Sequence record: OU343167.1
Strand: one strand, 5' to 3'
DNA length: 64,000 nt
Below are positions 53,225 to 62,779 of this stretch, one piece after another. The position numbers were made by a program, and so were the translations under genes. Below the pieces are notes generated by a model. The model made no database searches, was not told where the DNA came from, and saw only the letters and a program-made list of their open reading frames with translations. The stretch's first letter is position 1. Each line of letters begins with the position of its first letter.

Positions 53225-54349
53225 ATGGTACAATTAGCGATCCCTTCATTTACTGGTTTACCAGATGCGGCTGTCAAAGAGGTTGATGCCTATACAGAAC
53301 AAAGCGCTGAATTAAAAAATCAGCTAGCCTCTAAGGTAACAGCATTTGGTGTAGGTGCAGACGAACTCATTCAAAAATCACTTGGTGTTGTTAAAGGTAT
53401 CGGTAACAAGATCCTTAACAACGGTATTGATCTCAACATGGCTAGAACACGAATTGCGGATGCCCTAAAAGGGTCACGTAGTTCCATTGTAAGTCTAGCT
53501 ACGGATGTTGAACGATCGATTATGGAAGAATTAACCGGAGAAGATACCGGTACAGGTTATGTTCGTAAAGCAACGGATATGATCGATGGCGTTAAAATGG
53601 TTCTCAACCAAAAGGATTATTATTTTAAAGATGGGAACTTTAGCGGAGTTAATAGTATTATTGGGTTCATGGGTGACCTGACTAATAACTCATTGCTCCG
53701 TGTATTCGATCTTGGTGCTGAAGCAGCACTGATGAAAGGGATTATCGAAGAGGTTACAGCTTGGGGTATACCCGATCTAGTTGATGAAACCTTTGGAGCC
53801 AAGTGGACGGATAACAAGTATGAATACGACTATGATGATGATTTCAGATTCTCTGTTGTTAAGCGAGCTTCTGCTAGTATTAGCCCTAGTACTGATCTTG
53901 CCACAATCGAAAGGTTAATGCTACATGGCGGTGTTTCAGCACTGATCGCTGAGAACCCAAATTTTCCTGCGCAGTTACTACAGAATTACGTGTTCCCTGA
54001 AGAATGTGTACCTGGTGGTCCTTTCCCTAAAATGATTCCTGACCCGAATAATCCAACTGGACCTGAGATCCCAGATCCAACTGGTGCACAGGAACGTCCT
54101 AACTACGCCGACCAAATGGCTACTTTAGTACGCATCCTTAATCAACTCAAACCAGACTGGTTCACTACTCGGCGCCAGGGTCAACCCGTGTGGAATCTTT
54201 ACTTCCTAAGTCACGCTTCTGAAGATGCGACCACATTGATTCTTAGTAGTGAAACTCATCGTGAAGCAATGTTGACAGCTCCGTTCTACAAGATGGAAAA
54301 CCCAATAGAGCTGATCAAGTCGTTCTATCCTGATGCTGCTATTCAATAG
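53225..54349 (+). CDS. Virion structural protein (gp174-like position, 374 aa)
   Basis: TATG upstream; long ORF; Pro-rich insert; synteny. Confidence 0.7.
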   Translation: MVQLAIPSFTGLPDAAVKEVDAYTEQSAELKNQLASKVTAFGVGADELIQKSLGVVKGIGNKILNNGIDLNMARTRIADALKGSRSSIVSLATDVERSIMEELTGEDTGTGYVRKATDMIDGVKMVLNQKDYYFKDGNFSGVNSIIGFMGDLTNNSLLRVFDLGAEAALMKGIIEEVTAWGIPDLVDETFGAKWTDNKYEYDYDDDFRFSVVKRASASISPSTDLATIERLMLHGGVSALIAENPNFPAQLLQNYVFPEECVPGGPFPKMIPDPNNPTGPEIPDPTGAQERPNYADQMATLVRILNQLKPDWFTTRRQGQPVWNLYFLSHASEDATTLILSSETHREAMLTAPFYKMENPIELIKSFYPDAAIQ

Positions 54350-54352
54350 CGA

Positions 54353-54385
54353 CATAAAGCCCTCCCTTTTGGGGAGGGCAATATG
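54353..54385 (+). terminator. Terminator, CATA...TATG family
   Basis: CATA-AA-GCCCTCCC-TTTTG-GGGAGGGC-AA-TATG. Confidence 0.8.
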
Positions 54386-54412
54386 CCGTCTTAATCTAAC
54401 TTAATTGAGAAC

Positions 54413-54420
54413 TATATTAC
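54413..54420 (+). promoter_or_regulatory. Early (virion RNAP) promoter
   Basis: Exact TATATTAC followed by AAACGTGA. Confidence 0.75.
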
Positions 54421-54516
54421 AAACGTGAATTGGGTGAGATGTTCGAGCATCCCACCCAGTTTGCGATACGTCTGATTCGGTTAAACTCAGACTTTCTTCA
54501 CATGGGATAGAAACCT

Positions 54517-54828
54517 ATGAAAAAATGGCCTTTCATTAACGAGAACTTCCGAAGATTAGTAAGAATCTTCTCGGTAGATGAAGGGCGGGAATATTACCTT
54601 ACACCTGAAGGTTTAGCACTGGATGATGTGAGTAATACTCTCGCATATAATTCGGTAGATAAGTATAAACTTGCTTTAAATAAAGCTCGTAAACTTATAA
54701 CCCAAGGTGTGTTCGGGAGATCAGTCTACCTGGACGGTCAAGATGTAACAGAAGAACAGATCAATGGTAAACCACAGTTAGTCCGTTGGCCACCTGTTAA
54801 TGAAGAAGCTTATGGCTTCGTAGCATAA
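54517..54828 (+). CDS. Hypothetical early protein (103 aa)
   Basis: Single ORF between the early promoter and a terminator. Confidence 0.7.
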   Translation: MKKWPFINENFRRLVRIFSVDEGREYYLTPEGLALDDVSNTLAYNSVDKYKLALNKARKLITQGVFGRSVYLDGQDVTEEQINGKPQLVRWPPVNEEAYGFVA

Positions 54829-54831
54829 AGG

Positions 54832-54865
54832 CATATCGCCCTCTCCTTCGGGAGAGGGCTTTATG
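54832..54865. terminator. Bidirectional terminator, CATA...TATG family
   Basis: CATA-TC-GCCCTCTCC-TTCG-GGAGAGGGC-TT-TATG followed by a T run. Confidence 0.85.
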
Positions 54866-54877
54866 TTCCATTTTTTT

Positions 54878-55711
54878 TTATCGCATGTAAGCAGGTACAC
54901 GAATCGGCTTCTTACGCGACCAACCTAGTTGTTGAATTAGATCAGTAACGTCTAGATTAGGATCAGATTCCATACCGATATTAGCACGCTTCTGTGCTTC
55001 ATCCTGCATCTTCCAAAGGGTAGCAGGTGTGATGATAACTTCGGTATCGGAGAAACTTTCCAAAGCAGGGGAGGTATATTTGTTAGCAATATAGATACCA
55101 CCCTCACCGACGAAGTCCCAGGTGGAGATTTCCCGTGTATACTTAATACCACGCATTACGTCGTCCTGTGTGATAGAACGAACGGAACAATAGGTATTGA
55201 TGCTTGGGTTATCCAAAGACTCTTTAAAAATGTGACCAAACGGACCGTAAGGTTTAACCTCACCGACGACCATTTTAACAGTCTTACCATTTTCATTCTT
55301 ACCGGGAACAATAGTCAATGCACGGATATGTGCACAAACCCGGTTATCGTCGATCATACGAATACGTTGCAGGTATTGACGATCATCCATCGGTTGACGA
55401 ACAACACGACCATCAATCATCAGGTCTGTAAACGGTTCAGGGTGTTTGAACTCCATGAAGAGAACACCTTTCTTAAGGCGACGCATCAGGGAAGAGTTCG
55501 GATCAAACATCGCAACGCCACTGGCTTCGTCATAGAACATACCAGCAGAGTTATGTGTACCATAGGCACCCAGAACTACAGTATAATAACCGTCCGCATT
55601 CGGCGCAAGAATTCCTTTTTTGTCCGTACCAGCTAACATAGTGCAGCCAATACGTACCTGATTCTGCGGAGAATTTTGGACACCAAAAGAAGATTGTGCC
55701 AAAGGATGCAT
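54878..55711 (-). CDS. Prohead (head maturation) protease, phiKZ gp175/T4 gp21 family
   Basis: EFKHP (His90), CSVRS (Ser176), TWDFV (Asp199); C-terminal ALE-S and GME-S self-cleavage-type motifs; synteny upstream of vRNAP genes. Confidence 0.85.
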   Translation of the reverse strand: MHPLAQSSFGVQNSPQNQVRIGCTMLAGTDKKGILAPNADGYYTVVLGAYGTHNSAGMFYDEASGVAMFDPNSSLMRRLKKGVLFMEFKHPEPFTDLMIDGRVVRQPMDDRQYLQRIRMIDDNRVCAHIRALTIVPGKNENGKTVKMVVGEVKPYGPFGHIFKESLDNPSINTYCSVRSITQDDVMRGIKYTREISTWDFVGEGGIYIANKYTSPALESFSDTEVIITPATLWKMQDEAQKRANIGMESDPNLDVTDLIQQLGWSRKKPIRVPAYMR

Positions 55712-55726
55712 TTCTGCAACTCCGTG

Positions 55727-56449
55727 TTATGTCCTCAATAGCTCTTCAATCACTTCTACTTTCTCACTAGGGTTCACTAGTGCAGAGTTGATAGCGTCGC
55801 TGAAGTAAGCACCATTAAGTTTTGAGGTGGTATCTGAGGTGTTCCAAATAACCGATCGGAAAGGTACGGTTACTGGAGGTTTATTTTTAACATCATCATG
55901 CCGCGACAGAATGTGGCGGTATAGTCTTGTCATATCATCCGGATCACGAGCGATGGTTGAAATGATAAGCTCGATAATCGAACGACCACCAATAAATGTA
56001 TCTGCATGTTCTTTTGCAGTTTCGAACATTTTCGCCATGTCATAATAGTTCATATACCAAGGGATGTTCCCTTTGGATACGAACTCGTCGTACATGTAAT
56101 ATGTTAGTGTGTCGTTGACCACAAGATGTGTCGAATAGAAAACTTTATCACCTTTCTCGAAACTAAATTCGTAATAAGGTTCACTCTCTACAACAACACG
56201 CTCAGTAGAGTTTGGAAGAATGCGCATCATCGCGATTGTATTATTAACCGCGTAAAACTCTTCATTCATGATGATAGGAAAGAATCCAAATATGAATACT
56301 TCACTACCTAATACAGCCAAGTTCTTAGCAGCAAAACGTTCTGGAATTTGAATCTTACAGGGAAGGTTTGTAGCAATACCACCATCTTCCAATTCAATCA
56401 GATTTGCATTTACGCGTGCAGCATCACGTGTTAATTGCCTAACGTTCAT
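55727..56449 (-). CDS. gp176-like protein, possible small virion RNAP subunit (240 aa)
   Basis: Position between the protease and the gp177/gp178-like genes; function recalled from related phages, not evident from motifs. Confidence 0.55.
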   Translation of the reverse strand: MNVRQLTRDAARVNANLIELEDGGIATNLPCKIQIPERFAAKNLAVLGSEVFIFGFFPIIMNEEFYAVNNTIAMMRILPNSTERVVVESEPYYEFSFEKGDKVFYSTHLVVNDTLTYYMYDEFVSKGNIPWYMNYYDMAKMFETAKEHADTFIGGRSIIELIISTIARDPDDMTRLYRHILSRHDDVKNKPPVTVPFRSVIWNTSDTTSKLNGAYFSDAINSALVNPSEKVEVIEELLRT

Positions 56450-56484
56450 ATAAGTCTCTTCTTAGAAAAAGGAAAGTTGACACA

Positions 56485-56510
56485 CTCCGGTACCCCGAAG
56501 GATACCGGAG
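56485..56510 (-). terminator. Hairpin between co-oriented genes
   Basis: CTCCGGTA-CCCCGAAGGA-TACCGGAG. Confidence 0.6.
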
Positions 56511-56518
56511 GTTATCAA

Positions 56519-58225
56519 TTATGCTTGTTCTTCTTCTTCAGTTTCGGACTCAGTTTCTTCTTCACTGGCTTCTTCCTGCTCTTCTTCGACTTCTTCAGTC
56601 TCAGATTCAGTAGGAGTTTCATCAGCGTAAGGATCTTCTTCGTCTTCTACTTCCGGAGTTTCAGCCAGGGGACCTTCACCTTCTACTGCATCACCGACAG
56701 CATCGGCAACTTCTTCACTAGTTGGTTCAGTGATTTCCTCTGGCACTTCTTCTGGTTCAGGAAGAGTTGCATTCGGATCAACATCAGGATTGAATGTTTC
56801 TACTTTGATCTGCTGTGCTTGGAAAATAGCAATCAGCGAAATCAGAGCTTGAGTATTCAATTCACGTAGTTCTGCACCGGGGAAGTTTTGGCCATATTCA
56901 TCGATAGTATCGAGATACAGCTTATACATCGGTTCGGTGTAGTAAGTACGGCAGATAAGATTACTGAATACGCAGTATGGATTATCCAGATCTTCGCGCC
57001 GAACGAAACGCATGGCGGTAGCCAGTAGTTCACGTACGTTACCGATATTCATTTCACGTAAAGGACCTTCACCACAGTGTGCGAGGAAGGTATCAATAAC
57101 GTCCTGCCGACGACGGCTCTCAGCGTAGTCGAGTGCTGCTTGTTTGATTAGCGGATATGTAGCGGTCCAGCGTTTGATGTAATGATCAGCACGTGCGTCA
57201 ATGCCTTGTGCATGTACGACATTACCGCCATCAATAGCTGCACCAAGCAGAGCTTCAACAGAACCACCTTTAACGAGCCAGCTCTCAGCAACGTCACCGT
57301 TAAGAGTAACAAGTACACGACGGTTTTCAACTGGGCGATGAGCTTCATAACGAAGTACAAGAGTGTTAGACTCTCGCATTTCAAGACGATTCTCATACGC
57401 ACGGATGATGTAGAAACCAAGCATCTCGTGGAGTAGACGAACCGTTTGTTCCCATTCTTCTGATGTTACGGATTCACCAGGTACTTCTTGTGGGTTCTCG
57501 ATGTAATGACCACAGATGAAATAAGCTAGAGTCAGTTCATCAAGATTAAACGGGAAAGCATTAGGATTGATAAAGCTCAGGTTAGAAACAGTCAAACCAC
57601 GTGCAGTACCAAATAGTTCACTCCAAACGTTTTCTACCCGTTGTGCCGGAATCTTAAGAGCCCATTCAGTAACTTGCTCTTGATCCAGGTGCGGGTTATT
57701 GATGGATACCATCTCGATGATGGTAGCAGCATCAACCGGGCGAAGCATAAAGGTACGATATTCCGGTAGAGGACGCACTTTAGCATAGCGAGTTTGGATG
57801 TGGTTAACTAGACGAGGATCGTTATGAATCGGGTCGTAGTTGAAAGTGCTGACATCGCAATCCGCTTGAGAACTTACGTTCTGACGGGAGGCATAGTCAG
57901 TGGCCATTGCTTTAATAGCCGGAATGATAACGTTTTGAGTATTGAATTGAATCTTGGCAATAGCGGTATGCATATTGCTGATGATCGCTTCACGTTCTTC
58001 ATTAACGTTCTCGGGTGCTTCAACGTTACTTTCGACGAAATGAGCTTCAACGGAAGCAGCCAGTTCATCGGACATTTCAACTTTATTACCTTCGGTTTCA
58101 CAGTTGAAACCATCAGCATATACAGCTAGAGGGAACTCGGGGTTCGGAATTGTCAGAACACGTTCCTGTTCAGTGAATGCTTGAGCTGCATCGCGAACAG
58201 CGTCCAGAGTTTCGGGATTAAACAT
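56519..58225 (-). CDS. Virion protein with acidic C-terminal tail (gp177-like position, 568 aa)
   Basis: Long ORF; E/T-rich last ~65 aa; AGGAG SD. Confidence 0.75.
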   Translation of the reverse strand: MFNPETLDAVRDAAQAFTEQERVLTIPNPEFPLAVYADGFNCETEGNKVEMSDELAASVEAHFVESNVEAPENVNEEREAIISNMHTAIAKIQFNTQNVIIPAIKAMATDYASRQNVSSQADCDVSTFNYDPIHNDPRLVNHIQTRYAKVRPLPEYRTFMLRPVDAATIIEMVSINNPHLDQEQVTEWALKIPAQRVENVWSELFGTARGLTVSNLSFINPNAFPFNLDELTLAYFICGHYIENPQEVPGESVTSEEWEQTVRLLHEMLGFYIIRAYENRLEMRESNTLVLRYEAHRPVENRRVLVTLNGDVAESWLVKGGSVEALLGAAIDGGNVVHAQGIDARADHYIKRWTATYPLIKQAALDYAESRRRQDVIDTFLAHCGEGPLREMNIGNVRELLATAMRFVRREDLDNPYCVFSNLICRTYYTEPMYKLYLDTIDEYGQNFPGAELRELNTQALISLIAIFQAQQIKVETFNPDVDPNATLPEPEEVPEEITEPTSEEVADAVGDAVEGEGPLAETPEVEDEEDPYADETPTESETEEVEEEQEEASEEETESETEEEEQA

Positions 58226-58237
58226 GTTGACTCCTAA

Positions 58238-58432
58238 TTAACCGAGGAATTTGCACATACGGGCAACGATAGCTGCCTGAATATCTTCTTTGGTCAGATA
58301 CTCACCTTCTAGAGTAGCTGCCGAGGTGTCACCGCCGATGGAGCGAAGCAAAGCTTCGGCTCCAAGTTCGGCAGCAGCAGTCAGAACAGCGATGTTCTGA
58401 CTGAGTACTACGTTGTTACTTTGATTTTGCAT
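58238..58432 (-). CDS. Small hypothetical protein (64 aa)
   Basis: GAGGA SD; overlaps the RNAP gene end by 17 nt. Confidence 0.65.
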   Translation of the reverse strand: MQNQSNNVVLSQNIAVLTAAAELGAEALLRSIGGDTSAATLEGEYLTKEDIQAAIVARMCKFLG

Positions 58433-61400
58433 TTGTGGTTCCTCGATAGAGAGCAGCTACGTGCTTGGAAAGAGCTTGCTGCAAGATTGTAGTGGTCGCA
58501 ATCAGTTTAGGGGACATGACCATCCGTTCTTCAACCGAAGTGTTGCCGAAGATCAGACCAATCGGAGTACCGTCTTCACATTCGTTACGGCCATCCATTA
58601 CCCGAGAGAATACAGTTTTCATCTGGTTCGCTACTACACCTTTGTCACCAGTACCACAAGGGATATCATGGTCGATGTAGATTCGGATAACCATGTTGTC
58701 AGGTTCAAGCATTTGACCTTTAACACGGAAGGATGCGTCGACTTCACCTGTGAATTCTGGTTCGTTCAACGACTTGGCCCTATCGGCTCTCTCTTTATCA
58801 GATGCTCTGGCTATCTTCTGAAGATTACTGGACATGTCTTCAATGTCACCATGATAGTAACATTCGATTTTAGAGATAGTCCCTACGACTTTAGCACGGG
58901 GTGCATTAGCCGAAAGTTTCTTCAGTGTTTCAATAGCAGCGGCACCAAACAGAGAGTTCTCGGCCATTTCGGGGTCTTGAATAGTACATAGAATTGAATC
59001 CAAGTCTACGTGTTCTCCAACTTTGACCAAATTCTCAATCGACTGATCAAATCGAACAGTAATGTTCTTGATGTCAGTTGTCTGAGTATTAAGCTTAATA
59101 GCCACGTCTTTACTAATAACAGATCCGTCTTCAAGTGTATCAAGGTTATCGCAGAATGCAACACGAACCATGACACCAGCTTTCCAAAGAACTTGTCCAG
59201 GGGTATAACGATCTTCGGTAAAATACTTACTATTGAAAGTAAGCGTATCACCGCGTTTGAACTTATCACCCTTCTTAAGTGTGGTAACGAGAGTATGCGG
59301 ATAGTTTACACCCGCAGCAGTACCATGGACGGTTCCAAGCTGAGAACTAAAGATCTCACCGTCAGCATATTTAACTGTAATGCCATGACCGTCTACTGCA
59401 ATCACCTCTCCATCTTGTTCGGCGGCAGACGCAAAGATCGAACTGGTACGTTGAGCGATAATCTGCTCATAACCAGTGCGAAGAGGAGTTACCTCATAGC
59501 CATCTGCATAGATACCTTGCTGTTGCTGAATACTAACGAAGTTAATCCGTTTCGGGTCATCGTTTGTTGTAGCAACCCCGGTGAGAGCACCGGTAGATAG
59601 CATCTTAGCGGCGCCATCCTTACCTTTCTCAAACAACCGAGTTGTACCACGCATGCTGTTGAAGTTAGCATCAGGAGATAGATAAGCGATTACACCCACA
59701 TCACCAGAGTCTACAGTGGATTCAGAAACTACACCCACGTCAGATTCATGGTAGATACGTGTACGGGCAACCATTGAAGTCGACCCACGACCACCATCAC
59801 CACGATAAGTCATGGCTTCTTGCTCACGCAAGTTAGCGATTGGGTTAGAATCTTCAATAGTAGCTACAGTTGGGTCAGATGCAATCTTACGCCAAACTTC
59901 GTGTTGGTCCATCACGATCTGTTGATCCGCAGAACCTTCACGGTTGTTGTAGATACGAACAGCGCGGTTCAGACTACCGTAGATAGTTCCTGCCATGCGT
60001 TCATAACCACGATAGCGCATATATGCACCATCTACTTCTGCTGGTGACCAGTCATTAGTTAGCAGCTCTACGGAACGATACAGTAGCCCTTGGAAATCAG
60101 TAGGCTCTTTCATTTCTTCCAGAAGACCTTTTGTGATCGGGTCAACGAAAGAAGTAAACAAGCCATCGATTTCACGAGTGTATCGGGCAGACATACCAGC
60201 TTCTTCTAATAGACGGAAGTAAACATCACGCCGGTCAAAGTCCCATCGAGAGAACTTCTTCAAAGATTGATGGTAACGTTTCAGCCCGGACAACACCAAT
60301 GTCGCACGATAATCTTGACGACTGAATACAAGGATCTCATCAGAGAATGCCAGTGTATAATCATCAGGACTAACACTAATGCGAGTGCCACGCGGATGGC
60401 TCTGGTATTGAACTCCAAGTGTATCAAGTAGAGTGGACAGGCCTTGGCGATAACCAAGAATGAAACCAAGTGGAAGCTCTTTGTTAGCAACTGAAACTAG
60501 AATAGCTTCAAGAGGAGCTTTAACCTGATTAAGACCTAGGATATCTACCATGGTGCCCATGGGTTCAAGTTCATTACCTTCTTTAACATAGAACTGAGAC
60601 GAGCTGTCAACTAGAATAGGTAACCGATTATGGGCGCCTACTACAACCATCCCATCTTTCTCTAATGCTTCTACCGAAATACCGTAAGTCTTTTGGAAAT
60701 ATTCGGCATGGTCATCGAACTTAAAATAGAACTCATTTGCTCCGTTCTTGAAAGAACGATAAGCTCTACCCAATGCAGAGTACACTCGCGGTAGAACGAA
60801 CATAGACTGGTCTAGTTCTGCATAACGCACCTCAGTTACAGAGACATCGTTATTATCTCTTGCCCTAACACCAATCTGTCGAATCAACCAAGTATCGTAG
60901 TTGTTTTCTGCTCGTTCAGAACGTGTAACGAATGTCTTATTGTAATAACTTGTCAGAGCAACTTTAAGTGGGTTTACTTTACGGATTGGAATATCCGCAC
61001 GTTGCAGACGCTGACGATAAGTTACACCATTAGAACGGAAACGTCCATCGCGATCGATAACTGGAATACGGAAGCGCAGTTGAGAAGGTCGGCCACGAAT
61101 AGGCTTGACTGTTACAGTGAACGACTGATAATGGTTCATCGCGTCACGTACTTCTTCCATACGAACATCAGTTACTGCGACACCTTGTGCTTGAACAGAC
61201 AAGATAGATTGCATGATGTCTTTAGGTAGCAGAGTCTTCGTGTACTTACGCATCATCGATTTGTGAATAGAACCCAACATCGATTTATCAGTAATCGTGG
61301 ATTTATCAGCAAACTGTTCGACTGGTACTTTAAAGTCTTCTTCTTCATAAACCATCGCCTCAGCGATAGTTTTACCAGATCCAAATGGATCAGGAATAGA

Positions 61401-62777
61401 CTTGTACATAGAAGCATCATCAACGGCTTGTTCAAACGAACGACCAGAGATCATGCCAACTTGATACAGTTCAAATGCTTTTTGTCCAACAGGGTCTACT
61501 AAAGCGTCACCGCTACTAAAAGCAGGTACGACCGATTTAGTTACCGGGGCTGTCTCTACTTTGAGAGTTGGTGTTTTATTGATCGGCGCCGTTTCGAGCG
61601 GATCTTTCTCGATGACGAGAGTAGTTTTCTCAAGCTCGGATTCAGGCGGTGGATCATAAACAACTTCGAGCATCCCGAGATCGAGTAATGTGCTAACATT
61701 AGATCCAGTTGCATTGGAATCATCGATCGCATCAATGTCGTTAGCTTCTTCAGTTTCTTCAGCACGTTCTGTAACTTCTTCGACTTCTTCGTCGTCTGTG
61801 TCAACCTTATCTTCGGGTTCGATCAGGTCAGTGATCTTTGGAGTTTCAGGTTCGACTTCCATTAGAGTGTCGTTACCATTATTGAACTCAACCAAAGTAG
61901 TCAACAGGCTGATAACTCGACGTTGCATTACATCCGGTTTATAGAAAACTTCAAGACCGAGTTCATCCACAAAACTTTCAGTAGCTACTGTCTCTTGTTC
62001 CGCTATTACTTCTGGAGCATCACGCCATGCTTCAAGTTGTCCAAGGTTAATAACAAAGAAGTTATTCTGGACACGAATCAGGAAGTTAATCTTTTCGTAA
62101 GCTTCTTTAGGTACGATCGACATATAAGACGAAGATCGATTATCACCAAGGAAACGATAAAGATCGAAAACGTTTAATACAGCGTTAGTACGGAATTTCT
62201 CAAGTAGTGCCTGAGTGGTACCGCGCTCTAACATCTTAAATTCATTAAACGTTGGCATGGATTCTGGAATATGGAGTTCGATGAACTGATTCCAACCAAA
62301 GCGTTTATGTACATCGACAACACCTTTCCAGAAGGTAGCGGTGTTGTTACTCCAGCGATACCAGTTAGATTTGAAATTAGCTTGGTACTTCCAGAGTGGG
62401 TTTAGCATGCTGTAGTTAAACACAGCAACGTTTTGAATATTGAGTTTTACAGCCGCATCTTTACGCAGTGGTTTGAAGAAACGGTGTTGGCGACGGAAAT
62501 CAGCTTCAAGGGTAGTCGGAATAAGAGAAGTACGCCGAGCGTTACCATCGAGTGTTTCTAGCTGTGTAATGTGTTCAATGAACACCTTTCCCTGCAACTT
62601 AGCAAAGAGGGGGTCCGATTGACTCGGACCCTTTACAGCAGCGTTGTCATCAAGGAACTGATACACCACCTCTTGGGGTAGCTCTAGCTTCGTCAACGGG
62701 AACAGACGAGGACGCAGTAGTTCGCCTGAGTTTCGAAGACTGTAATTCTTCAGAAACTGATGAATTTTCAAACGCAT
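58416..62777 (-). CDS. rpoB: Virion RNA polymerase beta-like large subunit (gp178-like, 1453 aa)
   Basis: LEDGSVIS, GDKGVVANQMK (GDK region), GVVSESTVDSG; uninterrupted ORF. Confidence 0.9.
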   Translation of the reverse strand: MRLKIHQFLKNYSLRNSGELLRPRLFPLTKLELPQEVVYQFLDDNAAVKGPSQSDPLFAKLQGKVFIEHITQLETLDGNARRTSLIPTTLEADFRRQHRFFKPLRKDAAVKLNIQNVAVFNYSMLNPLWKYQANFKSNWYRWSNNTATFWKGVVDVHKRFGWNQFIELHIPESMPTFNEFKMLERGTTQALLEKFRTNAVLNVFDLYRFLGDNRSSSYMSIVPKEAYEKINFLIRVQNNFFVINLGQLEAWRDAPEVIAEQETVATESFVDELGLEVFYKPDVMQRRVISLLTTLVEFNNGNDTLMEVEPETPKITDLIEPEDKVDTDDEEVEEVTERAEETEEANDIDAIDDSNATGSNVSTLLDLGMLEVVYDPPPESELEKTTLVIEKDPLETAPINKTPTLKVETAPVTKSVVPAFSSGDALVDPVGQKAFELYQVGMISGRSFEQAVDDASMYKSIPDPFGSGKTIAEAMVYEEEDFKVPVEQFADKSTITDKSMLGSIHKSMMRKYTKTLLPKDIMQSILSVQAQGVAVTDVRMEEVRDAMNHYQSFTVTVKPIRGRPSQLRFRIPVIDRDGRFRSNGVTYRQRLQRADIPIRKVNPLKVALTSYYNKTFVTRSERAENNYDTWLIRQIGVRARDNNDVSVTEVRYAELDQSMFVLPRVYSALGRAYRSFKNGANEFYFKFDDHAEYFQKTYGISVEALEKDGMVVVGAHNRLPILVDSSSQFYVKEGNELEPMGTMVDILGLNQVKAPLEAILVSVANKELPLGFILGYRQGLSTLLDTLGVQYQSHPRGTRISVSPDDYTLAFSDEILVFSRQDYRATLVLSGLKRYHQSLKKFSRWDFDRRDVYFRLLEEAGMSARYTREIDGLFTSFVDPITKGLLEEMKEPTDFQGLLYRSVELLTNDWSPAEVDGAYMRYRGYERMAGTIYGSLNRAVRIYNNREGSADQQIVMDQHEVWRKIASDPTVATIEDSNPIANLREQEAMTYRGDGGRGSTSMVARTRIYHESDVGVVSESTVDSGDVGVIAYLSPDANFNSMRGTTRLFEKGKDGAAKMLSTGALTGVATTNDDPKRINFVSIQQQQGIYADGYEVTPLRTGYEQIIAQRTSSIFASAAEQDGEVIAVDGHGITVKYADGEIFSSQLGTVHGTAAGVNYPHTLVTTLKKGDKFKRGDTLTFNSKYFTEDRYTPGQVLWKAGVMVRVAFCDNLDTLEDGSVISKDVAIKLNTQTTDIKNITVRFDQSIENLVKVGEHVDLDSILCTIQDPEMAENSLFGAAAIETLKKLSANAPRAKVVGTISKIECYYHGDIEDMSSNLQKIARASDKERADRAKSLNEPEFTGEVDASFRVKGQMLEPDNMVIRIYIDHDIPCGTGDKGVVANQMKTVFSRVMDGRNECEDGTPIGLIFGNTSVEERMVMSPKLIATTTILQQALSKHVAALYRGTTNAKSK

Positions 62778-62779
62778 GG

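Noticed and set aside
54428-54498. Possible tRNA gene
   Set aside because: Only a T-loop-like hairpin; no D-arm, anticodon arm or cloverleaf. Kept as an sRNA candidate instead.
1828-54865. Palindrome family as a CRISPR array, or as integron attC sites
   Set aside because: Copies are kilobases apart with whole genes between them; no cas or integrase gene, and no GTTRRRY cores.
56435-56869. Very hydrophobic 144-aa plus-strand ORF
   Set aside because: Mirror of GAA-rich codons in the acidic tail of 56519; not a membrane protein gene.
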